This document shows, in pieces, positions 17,974 through 27,202 of a stretch of 64,000 nt of DNA. The stretch spans positions 672,001 through 736,000 of the forward strand of contig CAXXJJ010000001.1 of assembly GCA_963667015.2 (NCBI GenBank), written 5' to 3'. The stretch is from Desulfatiglandales bacterium. Its GTDB lineage: Bacteria > Desulfobacterota > DSM-4660 > Desulfatiglandales > HGW-15. The position numbers were made by a program, and so were the translations under genes. Under the pieces are notes generated by a model. The model worked only from the letters and a program-made list of their open reading frames with translations, had not been told where the DNA came from and searched no databases. Each line of letters opens with the position of its first letter. Positions within the stretch are counted from its first letter, which is position 1.

Positions 17974-19928
17974 GCGAATTCAGATATCTATTCAGCCCCC
18001 TTAAGATCGGAAACCTGGTTGTGCCTAACCGCATACATTTTGCCGCCCATATGACCAACTTTGGTGAAGACCAGAAGATAAGCGACCGCCATGTCTATTA
18101 TTACTCCGATAGGGCAAAGGGGGGGTGCGGTCTCATAACAACAGAAGAGTTAACCGTGCATCCATCGGATCATGCCTATGACAAGCTTGTTGATGCCTTT
18201 GAACCGGAAGTTGTTCACGGATACAAAAAACTCACCCACTCCGTGCACCAGTATGACACCAAAATATTCGCACAGCTCAACCATAACGGAATGCAGGCGG
18301 ATGGCACCATATCAAGGCTGCCTGTCTGGGGACCTTCCCCGGGATCTGATCCCCTGTTCCGTGAAGTTGCAAAAGAGATGGAAATAGAAGACATAAAGGA
18401 GTGCTGTGAATATTACGCCAGGAGCGCCATCTATGCTGCTGAAGGGGGATTTGACGGCATTGAACTTCAGGTGGGACACAGCTCCCTTATAAGGCAGTTT
18501 CTTTCTACTGCGACCAACTCTAGAAAAGATGAATATGGCGGGAGCTTTGAAAACCGCATGCGATTCTGCCTTGAGGTAATTGATTCGGTCAGACGGGCCG
18601 TAGGGGATGATTTTCCGCTGGGTATCCGGCTTAATGCAGATGAGATGCACCCAAAGGGCGGAATTACCCTTGAAGATGCCAAAAGGATAGCTGCCCGTGT
18701 TGAAGAGACAGGTCAGCTGGATTTTATGGATCTAAGTATCGGGACCTTTTATAACCTTTTTCTTGTTGAAGGCTCCATGCACACACCGCTTGCCTATACT
18801 GTTCCCCTTGCCTCAGGAATACGCTCGGTTATTGATCTGCCTGTTTTCTGCACAAACAGGATCAATGACCCGCACCTTGCTGAAAACATACTGGCTGCCG
18901 GTCAGGCAGACATGATCGGAATGGTAAGGGCGCTTATCTGTGACCCTGAACTCCCCAACAAGGCCATGGAAGGAAGGTCGGATGATATAAGACACTGTAT
19001 TGCCTGCAACCAGGGATGCATTGCCCGAATGGGGCTGGGATATACACTCGGGTGCCTCCAGAACCCGGCAGTAGGCCGCGAAGAACAAATGGGGATCGGG
19101 AAGTTAAGGACATGTGAAAAACAGAAAAAGGTAGTTATAGTGGGCGGGGGACCTGCAGGACTTGAGGCAGCACGAACCGCAGCCATTAGAAAACATAGGG
19201 TCGTACTGTTTGAAAAAAATGAAGACCCGGGAGGCCAGAATCTTATAGCAGGTAAGGCCGCAGGAAGGCAGGAGATAACCGGTGTTACAAGGTGGCTTTT
19301 AAGCCAGGTCAATAAACTTGATATTGATTTCAGGCTCGGTGTAGAGGCTGATGCCGACACCGTCCTTGCAGAAAATCCTGATGCCGTAATAATTGCCACC
19401 GGATCGGTCCCAAAGACTAATCCCTTTCCGGGAGAATACTCATCGCCGCAGGTAGTCAGCACTGTGCAGGTATTAAAAGATGAAGTAGAGGTTGGCAAAA
19501 AAGCGCTGCTCGTGGATAATGACGGCCATCATCAGGCAACAGGTACTGCAGAGTTTCTTGCGGACAGGGATAAAGAAGTCCACATTATAACATCATCTCT
19601 CTTTACAGGTGGTAATCTTGGGCCTCTGCAGGATCTCTATCTAACAAGAAAAAGACTTGCCGAAAAGGGGGTAACCTTTACGCCGGATATTGCAGTACTT
19701 GAAATACAGGGGACTACTGTCAAAGGCCTTCAGGTATACTCCAATGAAATGATAGATTTTGAAGGATACGATACAATTGTCCTGGCAGTGGGAAATGTTT
19801 CATGCGATCATTTATATTTTGAACTTAAGGGGAAAGTAAAAGAAGTTTATCGCGCGGGTGATTGTGTTGCCGCCAGAAAAACGGATATGGCCATTGTGGA
19901 AGGCCACAGGGTGGGAAGAAAGGTTTGA
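17970..19928 (+). CDS. Mycofactocin-system FadH/OYE family oxidoreductase 2
   Basis: AHMTNF, HSSLIRQFLS, CIACNQGC..C, GGGPAGLEAA; paralog of the preceding gene with ATGA overlap. Confidence 0.88.
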   Translation: MSEFRYLFSPLKIGNLVVPNRIHFAAHMTNFGEDQKISDRHVYYYSDRAKGGCGLITTEELTVHPSDHAYDKLVDAFEPEVVHGYKKLTHSVHQYDTKIFAQLNHNGMQADGTISRLPVWGPSPGSDPLFREVAKEMEIEDIKECCEYYARSAIYAAEGGFDGIELQVGHSSLIRQFLSTATNSRKDEYGGSFENRMRFCLEVIDSVRRAVGDDFPLGIRLNADEMHPKGGITLEDAKRIAARVEETGQLDFMDLSIGTFYNLFLVEGSMHTPLAYTVPLASGIRSVIDLPVFCTNRINDPHLAENILAAGQADMIGMVRALICDPELPNKAMEGRSDDIRHCIACNQGCIARMGLGYTLGCLQNPAVGREEQMGIGKLRTCEKQKKVVIVGGGPAGLEAARTAAIRKHRVVLFEKNEDPGGQNLIAGKAAGRQEITGVTRWLLSQVNKLDIDFRLGVEADADTVLAENPDAVIIATGSVPKTNPFPGEYSSPQVVSTVQVLKDEVEVGKKALLVDNDGHHQATGTAEFLADRDKEVHIITSSLFTGGNLGPLQDLYLTRKRLAEKGVTFTPDIAVLEIQGTTVKGLQVYSNEMIDFEGYDTIVLAVGNVSCDHLYFELKGKVKEVYRAGDCVAARKTDMAIVEGHRVGRKV

Positions 19929-20992
19929 AAGTTTCTAATAATATATGGATACTCGTCCTGTCTGATGGTGATGCGGTCGAGGAATCGACCTTCGGTTTAA
20001 TCGCAGAGGCCAGGCGTATCATAAAAGATACCGGAGGGATTGGATCTCTAGCCGCGGTTATCATTGGCCCTGTCCATGATGATGCTCTCGCTTCATTGAA
20101 ACAGGGTGGTGCTGACAGGATTATCCATATAAAACATGACTTGCTTGAAAGATATCATGGTGAATTATTCGCAAAGGTATTTTTCGAGGTGGCTGATAAA
20201 AATACTGTATCCTGTATCCTTGTTTCACAGGATGGAGGCACTTCTGATTTCAGTGCACGTGTTGCAGCAATGATGAATGCCTCCCTGGTTACAAAGGTTA
20301 TGGATTTTGGTTTTGATGAAAAAGGCAGGGGAGTAGCTGTAAGGCCTGTATCCAACGGTTACCAGTTTGAAAGAGTAATAATCGATGAAGGAAATTTAGC
20401 GGTTATTTCTTTCCTCCCGTCTGTATTGAGCGCAGTCAGTGATTTTAAAAATAATAATTTTACAAAGAATAATGACACACTTGTTGAGGTGATTATTCCT
20501 GATATTGATGAAGGCAGTCTGAATACAAAAATAGTAAATATAATTGAAGCCGAACCTGAAGAGCTTGATATCGAAGATGCCGAGATTGTTGTTGCAGGCG
20601 GAAGAGGCGCTGGAAAGGGAGAGGCTTTTGATATTATTAATGAACTGGCAAAGGCAATAGGCGGTTCAGTGGCAGGCACAAGGCCTGTAATAGATGCACA
20701 GATACTGCCTTTTGAACGTCAGATAGGGCAGACGGGCAAAACCATTAATCCGGGCCTTATAATAAACTGCGGAATATCCGGGGCAAACGAATACAGCGCC
20801 GGAATGGAGAAATCAAAAAACGTGATTTCCATAAACAATGATCCGCGTGCAAGGATCTTCCGGTTTTCGGATCTCGGGGTTGTTGGAGATTTAAGGGAGA
20901 TTATTCCTCTATTGGTTGAGAGGATAAGGGCGATTAAAAAAGAGGGTTCAAGGGATCAAGGATTCAAGGGTTCGAGTGAAAATCAAAAATAA
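19925..20992 (+). CDS. etfA: Electron transfer flavoprotein alpha subunit
   Basis: IVVAGGRG, GTRPVID, RQIGQTGK, GISGA, IFRFSDLGVVGD; probable TTG start overlapping the upstream stop. Confidence 0.92.
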   Translation: MKVSNNIWILVLSDGDAVEESTFGLIAEARRIIKDTGGIGSLAAVIIGPVHDDALASLKQGGADRIIHIKHDLLERYHGELFAKVFFEVADKNTVSCILVSQDGGTSDFSARVAAMMNASLVTKVMDFGFDEKGRGVAVRPVSNGYQFERVIIDEGNLAVISFLPSVLSAVSDFKNNNFTKNNDTLVEVIIPDIDEGSLNTKIVNIIEAEPEELDIEDAEIVVAGGRGAGKGEAFDIINELAKAIGGSVAGTRPVIDAQILPFERQIGQTGKTINPGLIINCGISGANEYSAGMEKSKNVISINNDPRARIFRFSDLGVVGDLREIIPLLVERIRAIKKEGSRDQGFKGSSENQK

Positions 20993-21764
20993 ATATAATA
21001 TGAACTTTTTCAGCCTAAAAAAAATATATTTACTGGCAGTTATTTTTTGCCTTTTTCCATGCGGGCTCTTTGCCTATGAAATGGATGAATGTATACTGTG
21101 TCACACTGATAATTCTGGTGAAGGCATTCCCCAGATGTCCCTTGATGATTACCGGTCTTCTGTTCACGGAGGCATGATGGAATGCACGGTTTGCCATTCA
21201 TATATTGAGGAGGGCCACGAAGGCGGAGACGTGACAGGAAGAGTTAACTGCGGTAACTGCCACTCCCATGAAAACCTTCATGGCCTTTCATCCGGTAAAG
21301 ACAATAAGCCAGAATGTTATACCTGTCATACAACACATAAAATTCTTCCGGAATCTGCTGAAAATTCGTCCATAAATATATTGCAGTTTAAAAATACATG
21401 CAGAAAATGTCACCCTGCAAAGTGGGGTGAACAGGGTTATATGAAGTGGTTTACATCCTTCAGGGTAAAGTCCCATAAAAAACAGGATTTCAGCAGGGAT
21501 TTTGACGAAACAAACTGCATTGGCTGTCATCAGGGCATGGCCGTCCATGGAACTCCAGATAAAATATCTGATGATGAATGTTTCAAATGCCACATGAAAG
21601 ATAACAAGAATGCCATGATCGGGAAATTTCATGCCGCAGATAATTCGTTATCATCCATCACTGGTTTTTCGATCATCACTCAAATATTGATCCTGATGAT
21701 TTTAATTTTTGCGGTCCGGTTTTTTATTAAACCCCTGAGAAAATCCGGAAAAGGGAAGGAATGA
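20976..21764 (+). CDS. Membrane-anchored multiheme (7 CxxCH) cytochrome c
   Basis: CILCH, CTVCH, CGNCH, CYTCH, CRKCH, CIGCH, CFKCH; N-terminal signal-like segment and C-terminal TM helix. Confidence 0.88.
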   Translation: MKIKNKYNMNFFSLKKIYLLAVIFCLFPCGLFAYEMDECILCHTDNSGEGIPQMSLDDYRSSVHGGMMECTVCHSYIEEGHEGGDVTGRVNCGNCHSHENLHGLSSGKDNKPECYTCHTTHKILPESAENSSINILQFKNTCRKCHPAKWGEQGYMKWFTSFRVKSHKKQDFSRDFDETNCIGCHQGMAVHGTPDKISDDECFKCHMKDNKNAMIGKFHAADNSLSSITGFSIITQILILMILIFAVRFFIKPLRKSGKGKE

Positions 21765-21768
21765 TCAG

Positions 21769-23649
21769 GTGCTTATGTCCTTAGATCTTTTACTGGTATG
21801 TCTGGCCATATTAATAATGGCCTTGGGACTTTCAAAGACATTGAGTCTTTTAAGGTCCGGTATGCCTGAAAGGTGTCCGGGAGACAGGATATTTCTTCTG
21901 AAATATCTGCTGGGACATAAGAAAATACTGAAGAACCCTGTTGCCGGGGTCCTGCATATTATGGTTTTCTGGGGATGTATACTTCCTCTTATAGTTATAA
22001 TTCTTGCACAGACATGCCTTACACTGCCCCAGGTTTTATCATCGGTTCTTTCTCTTTTACTCGATATTATCGGTTTATTATTTCTGGCAGCCACTGTTGT
22101 ATTTTTAATAAGAAGATTAAAATCAAAGGACCCGCTTGGTCCTCAAAAGAGCCTTTTGCCCCTTTTAGTCTTGATTATCATTCTGTTGACGGGTTTTCTT
22201 GCCGAAGGATACAGGCTCAGAATTACCGGCTTTGTAACTATATGGGCCTCTCCCGTCGGATACATTGCTTCATCATTTCTGCCATCGTCGCCAGTCATGA
22301 TGCAGTTGATGATAAGAATTCATTTTTATGCAATACTGTTACTGGTGGCAATAATCCCCTGTACATATTTTCGTCACCTCGCTATGGCCCCCCTGAACAT
22401 ATTATATAAGAGGAAGGGAAATGCCGGCGAGTTCAGAAATATGTCATTAAACAAAGATCACCCAGGCGTAAACCGGATTAATGATTTTACATGGAAGCAG
22501 CTTCTTGACTCCGAGGCCTGTGTTTCATGCGGACGCTGCGAAGAAAACTGTCCTGCCTTTATTTCAGGAAAGCCCCTGTCACCCCGAAAAATTGTCAGGA
22601 AATTATATGAGCTGGCACATCGTGCTGACAGGAATACTGCTATTGATTCACGCATAACAGAAGATGAAATCTGGAACTGCACAACCTGTATGGCCTGTGT
22701 AGAGACCTGCCCGGTTTTTGTCTCACCGCTCGAAAAGATAGTCGATATAAGGCGTCATCTGACACTGGGAAAAGGAGCCCTTCCTTCTGAAGCGGCGGCA
22801 ATGATAAGGAACCTGGAGATATATGGTGATGTAAACGGAAAGGGCCCGTCCTATAGAGCAGACTGGGCAATGAACCGGGGAGTCAGGGTGACGAGGCCTG
22901 ATGAAAGAGACGTGGAGATAGTGATATGGACAGGGTGTTCAGGTTCCTTCCACCCTCGATATCAGGAGGTTTCAAGGGCACTGGTTAATATCCTGCAAAA
23001 GGCAGGGATAAACTTCAGGATACTTGGCAGCAATGAATTGTGCTGCGGAGACCCGGCACGAAGGCTTGGTGAAGAGGAACTATTCATAAGCCTTGCCAGT
23101 AAAAATCTGAAAACATTCAGGGAACATAATGTGCACAGGATAATCACACTGTGTCCCCACTGTTACAATACCCTTAAGAATGAATACCCAAAGATGGAGC
23201 AGGAGGATTATCATGACCTTGAGGTAGTCCATGCCTCCCGGTATGTTATGGATCTTATCAGTAAAAAGGTTATTGCCCCTGAGTTCCCTCTCTCGAAAAG
23301 TGTTACAATACATGATCCCTGTTATCTGGGGAGGGGTAATAACATCTATGAACCTCTAAGAGATATTATACACAATGTACCTGACGCCAGTTTGAAAGAG
23401 CTGAAAAGGTCACGTGAAAAGGGATTCTGCTGCGGGGCCGGAGGAGGCGGGATGTGGCTCCATGAGCATTCCGGAAAAAGGATCAATGTTATAAGGTCGG
23501 AAGAGATTGCGGAGAAGAATGTCGATATAGTCTGTACCGCTTGCCCCTACTGCCAGACAATGATTAATGACGGTATTAACGGCCTGGAGCTGGATGATCC
23601 TCCTGAGGTTCTGGATATAATCGAGATTGTTAAGAGGGTGCTAAGGTAA
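21769..23649 (+). CDS. Membrane heme-b/[4Fe-4S]/CCG oxidoreductase (FadF/EMO-like ETF:quinone oxidoreductase)
   Basis: NarI-like TM domain with His residues; CVSCGRCEENCP, CTTCMACVETCP; two CCG domains (ELCCGD..CPHC; HDPCY..CCGAGGG..CPYC); between etfA and etfB. Confidence 0.85.
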   Translation: MLMSLDLLLVCLAILIMALGLSKTLSLLRSGMPERCPGDRIFLLKYLLGHKKILKNPVAGVLHIMVFWGCILPLIVIILAQTCLTLPQVLSSVLSLLLDIIGLLFLAATVVFLIRRLKSKDPLGPQKSLLPLLVLIIILLTGFLAEGYRLRITGFVTIWASPVGYIASSFLPSSPVMMQLMIRIHFYAILLLVAIIPCTYFRHLAMAPLNILYKRKGNAGEFRNMSLNKDHPGVNRINDFTWKQLLDSEACVSCGRCEENCPAFISGKPLSPRKIVRKLYELAHRADRNTAIDSRITEDEIWNCTTCMACVETCPVFVSPLEKIVDIRRHLTLGKGALPSEAAAMIRNLEIYGDVNGKGPSYRADWAMNRGVRVTRPDERDVEIVIWTGCSGSFHPRYQEVSRALVNILQKAGINFRILGSNELCCGDPARRLGEEELFISLASKNLKTFREHNVHRIITLCPHCYNTLKNEYPKMEQEDYHDLEVVHASRYVMDLISKKVIAPEFPLSKSVTIHDPCYLGRGNNIYEPLRDIIHNVPDASLKELKRSREKGFCCGAGGGGMWLHEHSGKRINVIRSEEIAEKNVDIVCTACPYCQTMINDGINGLELDDPPEVLDIIEIVKRVLR

Positions 23650-23706
23650 GGGAAGGGTATACGGTATAAGGTTTGAGGTGTAAGGGAAAACCTTTGGAGT
23701 TCTACT

Positions 23707-24585
23707 ATGAAAATAGTTGTTTGTGCTAAACAGGTAAAATTTATATATTCGAGAACAGGACGTGATCCTTTAAAAAATTATATCGCGCCTGAAGATAATA
23801 TATTTTGTATTAATCCATGGGATGAAGCGGCACTTGATATTGCTTTGAAGCTTAAGGAAAAAGACCCGTCGGTTGAAGTTACTGTACTGACGCTCGGGCC
23901 TGTTATCTCCGAAAAGGAGCTGAGGAGATTCATCGCTCTTGGGGCTGATGCAATATACAGGGTTGATACGGAAGCAGAACATGACTCCTGGTCAAAGTCA
24001 ATTCTGCTTGCCCTGGGAATAATGGCATTGGACGCAGACCTTGTATTTTGTGGAAAAGAATCTGTGGATAAACAAAACGGCCAGGTTGGAGCCTTTATTG
24101 CCCATCATCTCAATATGCCATTTGTTTCCAATGTTATTAATGTAGAGACGGGTTTTAACCCCGTCTTTGCCAAGGCTGCAAGGAATGCCGGTAAAGGTGT
24201 AAGGGAAGAAATAGAGTGCTCTTTGCCGGCTGTTTTCAGTATCTCCAGGGAAGGCATTGAGGCACGGCTTCCAACCTATGAGCAAAAACAAAAGGCATTG
24301 ACTTCTCCCTTCAGAATACTTGAGATTGATTCACAAAAGGCAAAAAGAAAACTTATAAGTGATGGGGTATACACTCCAAGGCCAAGACCGAAAAAGGTCA
24401 TTACTCCTGACAGTAATCTGCCCGCATTTGACAGGATCAATCAGTTGCTGTCCGGCAGCAATGTCCAAAAGAAGGGAGCCATGCTTGTCGGTGATCCGGA
24501 ATCTCAGGTGGAAGGAATAATTTCATATCTTGTTGAAAACGGATTTTTAATAACTGAAGACTCTCCTTCGGATGAGCAGGCCTGA
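23707..24585 (+). CDS. etfB: Electron transfer flavoprotein beta subunit
   Basis: MKIVVCAKQV, INPWDEAAL, ALGAD, FCGKESVD..NGQVG. Confidence 0.92.
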   Translation: MKIVVCAKQVKFIYSRTGRDPLKNYIAPEDNIFCINPWDEAALDIALKLKEKDPSVEVTVLTLGPVISEKELRRFIALGADAIYRVDTEAEHDSWSKSILLALGIMALDADLVFCGKESVDKQNGQVGAFIAHHLNMPFVSNVINVETGFNPVFAKAARNAGKGVREEIECSLPAVFSISREGIEARLPTYEQKQKALTSPFRILEIDSQKAKRKLISDGVYTPRPRPKKVITPDSNLPAFDRINQLLSGSNVQKKGAMLVGDPESQVEGIISYLVENGFLITEDSPSDEQA

Positions 24586-25696
24586 GGTCATGGGTACTGA
24601 CACGAAAATCATAAAGGGGAAGATCGAAAAGGCAGGCCTTAGAGCACCAGAGATCCTCACCCTTATGATCACCGATGCGTGCAACCTGAGCTGTCCTCAT
24701 TGTCTCCTGAACTGCAAAAATCTGGATCCTACTCCTGTCAAAAAAGAAATTATTATCGGAATTATTAAGGAATTTGCAGATCTCGGAGGCGAAGTCCTTT
24801 TCCTTACAGGAGGTGAACCGCTGTCTCATCCTGACTGGTTTGAGATACTTGCTCATGCATGCAGTTTAAGCACTCTTTCGGAAATTATACTGCAGACCAA
24901 CGGTTCAATGGTTACCGGCGAAGATGTCGAAAAAATAAAATCACTAAACTCCGAAAAATTAAAGATACAGGTCAGTCTTGACGGGGCAACACCTGAAGTA
25001 AACGACATGATAAGAGGGAAGGGTAATTTTGAAGCTGCGGTTAAGGGAATCAGGCTTTTTGCTGCTGCCGGGATGGGAAAAAGAATAAGAATAGCCTTTA
25101 CGGAAATGAGACATAACTTTGACCAGATCCCTAAAATACTTGAACTTGCAAATGACCTTGGTGTCGGCCAGTTTACAGCCGGTACACTTGTTAAAGGGGG
25201 CAGGGCAAAAAATACGGATTGGATAGAGCTTCCTGATAGATACCAGATTAGAAGCCTGATTGAGCTGTATGAGTCAGATCCAAAATTCAGGGCATTTTAT
25301 GAGAAAATGGGGAATATCTCCGCGATAGAATGGTACAAAGGAAGAAATATACCTTCGGATCATGTGTGTAACTGTATAAGTACACCATTTATTAATGCTG
25401 CCGGGAAAATGTACCCCTGTGTGATGAATCTTAATGATGAACATGCAGTGGATAATGTACATGAAAAAGGGATGAAAGAGGGGATACTGAAAGGGATTGA
25501 GAAATGGGCACTTCTCCCACGGCTTGATAAAGAGCGGAGTGAATCACTGGTTAGGTGTAAGGATTGTGCCGGCAGAGAACACTGCAGAGGAGGGTGTATG
25601 GGAAGGGCTCAGACCGTAAACGGGGATGTGATATCGGTAGAGGACAGGTGCGAATTGAGACGGGAAGTGTATTACTGTGGGAGAGGTGAACAATAG
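24572..25696 (+). CDS. Radical SAM/SPASM domain protein
   Basis: CNLSCPHC, TGGEP, QVSLDGA; C-terminal CNC..YPC..CKDCAGREHCRGGC..C SPASM pattern. Confidence 0.9.
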   Translation: MSRPEVMGTDTKIIKGKIEKAGLRAPEILTLMITDACNLSCPHCLLNCKNLDPTPVKKEIIIGIIKEFADLGGEVLFLTGGEPLSHPDWFEILAHACSLSTLSEIILQTNGSMVTGEDVEKIKSLNSEKLKIQVSLDGATPEVNDMIRGKGNFEAAVKGIRLFAAAGMGKRIRIAFTEMRHNFDQIPKILELANDLGVGQFTAGTLVKGGRAKNTDWIELPDRYQIRSLIELYESDPKFRAFYEKMGNISAIEWYKGRNIPSDHVCNCISTPFINAAGKMYPCVMNLNDEHAVDNVHEKGMKEGILKGIEKWALLPRLDKERSESLVRCKDCAGREHCRGGCMGRAQTVNGDVISVEDRCELRREVYYCGRGEQ

Positions 25697-25714
25697 GCCG
25701 GATATCAGCATAAA

Positions 25715-27202
25715 ATGAATAATTACAATATAAATATCGTAGGTCATAATGGACTTTCCTACAAACTACCCAAAGGTATAACCTTTACCGAAAAAGAATC
25801 TACTCTTTATCTGATTCGTAAAAATCCACTCACGACTATTACCTTGAATCCTATATGGAAATCCGCCCTTGAGCTGTTGAACCAAGATGAATTTGTTCCG
25901 TTTGACCGGATATGTACCCTTGTAAATACGGATCCCGAGAAAACAGAAATCTATCTCAACATGCTTGTGCGAAAGGGTTTTCTGGAGAGCCGAGGATACA
26001 GGGAGCCTTCTGAATATCCATTTGTAACCATTATTGTTCCGGTTCGAAACCGGCCTGATGAGATATTCCATTGTCTTGCATCCCTTGCAGAGCTTGATTA
26101 CCCGCCTGATAAATTAGAAATATTTGTGGTAGATGACGCATCTGATGATAATACCGCGGAAGTTGTTTCAGGCTTTCCGGTGAGGCTGATAAAAAATTCA
26201 GAAAGAATGCAGGCCTCCTGTTCCAGAAACCTGGCGGCAAGTGAGGCAAGGGGAGATATCCTTGCCTTTATTGATTCTGACTGTGCGGCGCACTCTTTGT
26301 GGCTCAAGGAGCTTGTCCCAGCCTTTAATGATGAGTCCAACGGTGCAGCCGGGGGTAAGGTTGATTCCTGGTTTGATAAAAAGGCACTGGACCGGTATGA
26401 AAAAGTGGCATCTTCTCTCAATATGGGCGTGTGTTCTAAAAGCTCAAAGGAAGAAGGCAGTTTTTTTTATCTCCCGACCTGTAATCTTCTCGTTAAAAAG
26501 GAGATTTTTCTGAAACTGGGCGGATTCAATATAGATATGACTGTGGGGGAGGATGTGGATCTATGCTGGAGAGTGAAAAACAGCGGATATGAAATAGAAT
26601 ACAGACCTGCAGGTGTTGTTTTTCATAAACATAGAAATAAAATTTCGGCATTTTTTCTCCGCAGGCTGCAATATGGGACATCCGAGCCATTCCTTCAGAA
26701 AAAGCACCCTGATCGATTCAAAAAGATGTTTTACATGCCTCTGACCATACTGCAGTGGGTTATAGTGGCTGCCGCCCTGTTAACAGGCCAATACTTCCTT
26801 CTACTGTTATGTGGTATTCTTCTTTTTATTGATACACATACAAAATGGCGGCAGGTTAAAGAAAAGGAGCTTCCCATAAAATACAGCCAGGTTCTATCGG
26901 CTGTTTTCAGGGGATATTTTGTGTCCATCTATTACTGGTGTGCCTTTTTTTCAAGGTATTACCTTGTTATGGCGTTTTTATTCTTTCCACTGATCCCGAA
27001 GTTATGCCTCATTCTCCTTATCAATCATTTTATCGTATCCCTATGCGAGTTTTTTTTGAAAAAACCTTTATCGAATATCTTTGTCTTTATATTTTTTTTC
27101 AGCATCGATCAGGTGGCCTATCAGGTGGGGGTTTGGTACGGGTGCTTCAGATATGCCGCCTTTAATCCGGTGAACCCGAAGATAACAAGGTGGATATCAT
27201 GA
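25715..27202 (+). CDS. mftF: Mycofactocin glycosyltransferase (GT2)
   Basis: IIVPVRNR, VVDDAS, AFIDSDC, RYE...SSLNMG, YLPTCNLLV, GEDVDLCWR, YGTSE..L...HP; in mft operon. Confidence 0.9.
   Translation: MNNYNINIVGHNGLSYKLPKGITFTEKESTLYLIRKNPLTTITLNPIWKSALELLNQDEFVPFDRICTLVNTDPEKTEIYLNMLVRKGFLESRGYREPSEYPFVTIIVPVRNRPDEIFHCLASLAELDYPPDKLEIFVVDDASDDNTAEVVSGFPVRLIKNSERMQASCSRNLAASEARGDILAFIDSDCAAHSLWLKELVPAFNDESNGAAGGKVDSWFDKKALDRYEKVASSLNMGVCSKSSKEEGSFFYLPTCNLLVKKEIFLKLGGFNIDMTVGEDVDLCWRVKNSGYEIEYRPAGVVFHKHRNKISAFFLRRLQYGTSEPFLQKKHPDRFKKMFYMPLTILQWVIVAAALLTGQYFLLLLCGILLFIDTHTKWRQVKEKELPIKYSQVLSAVFRGYFVSIYYWCAFFSRYYLVMAFLFFPLIPKLCLILLINHFIVSLCEFFLKKPLSNIFVFIFFFSIDQVAYQVGVWYGCFRYAAFNPVNPKITRWIS

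Noticed and set aside
19862..19924. Upstream start for etfA (also 13762 for the SnoaL gene, 6373 for MmgE/PrpD, 54609 for the transposase)
   Set aside because: These overlap the previous gene or promoter; downstream starts have an RBS, stop-start coupling or family-typical N-termini
24572..25696. Heme d1/Ahb or PqqE assignment for the extra rSAM
   Set aside because: Only generic SPASM motifs are visible and there are no ahb/nir/pqq neighbours; left unassigned
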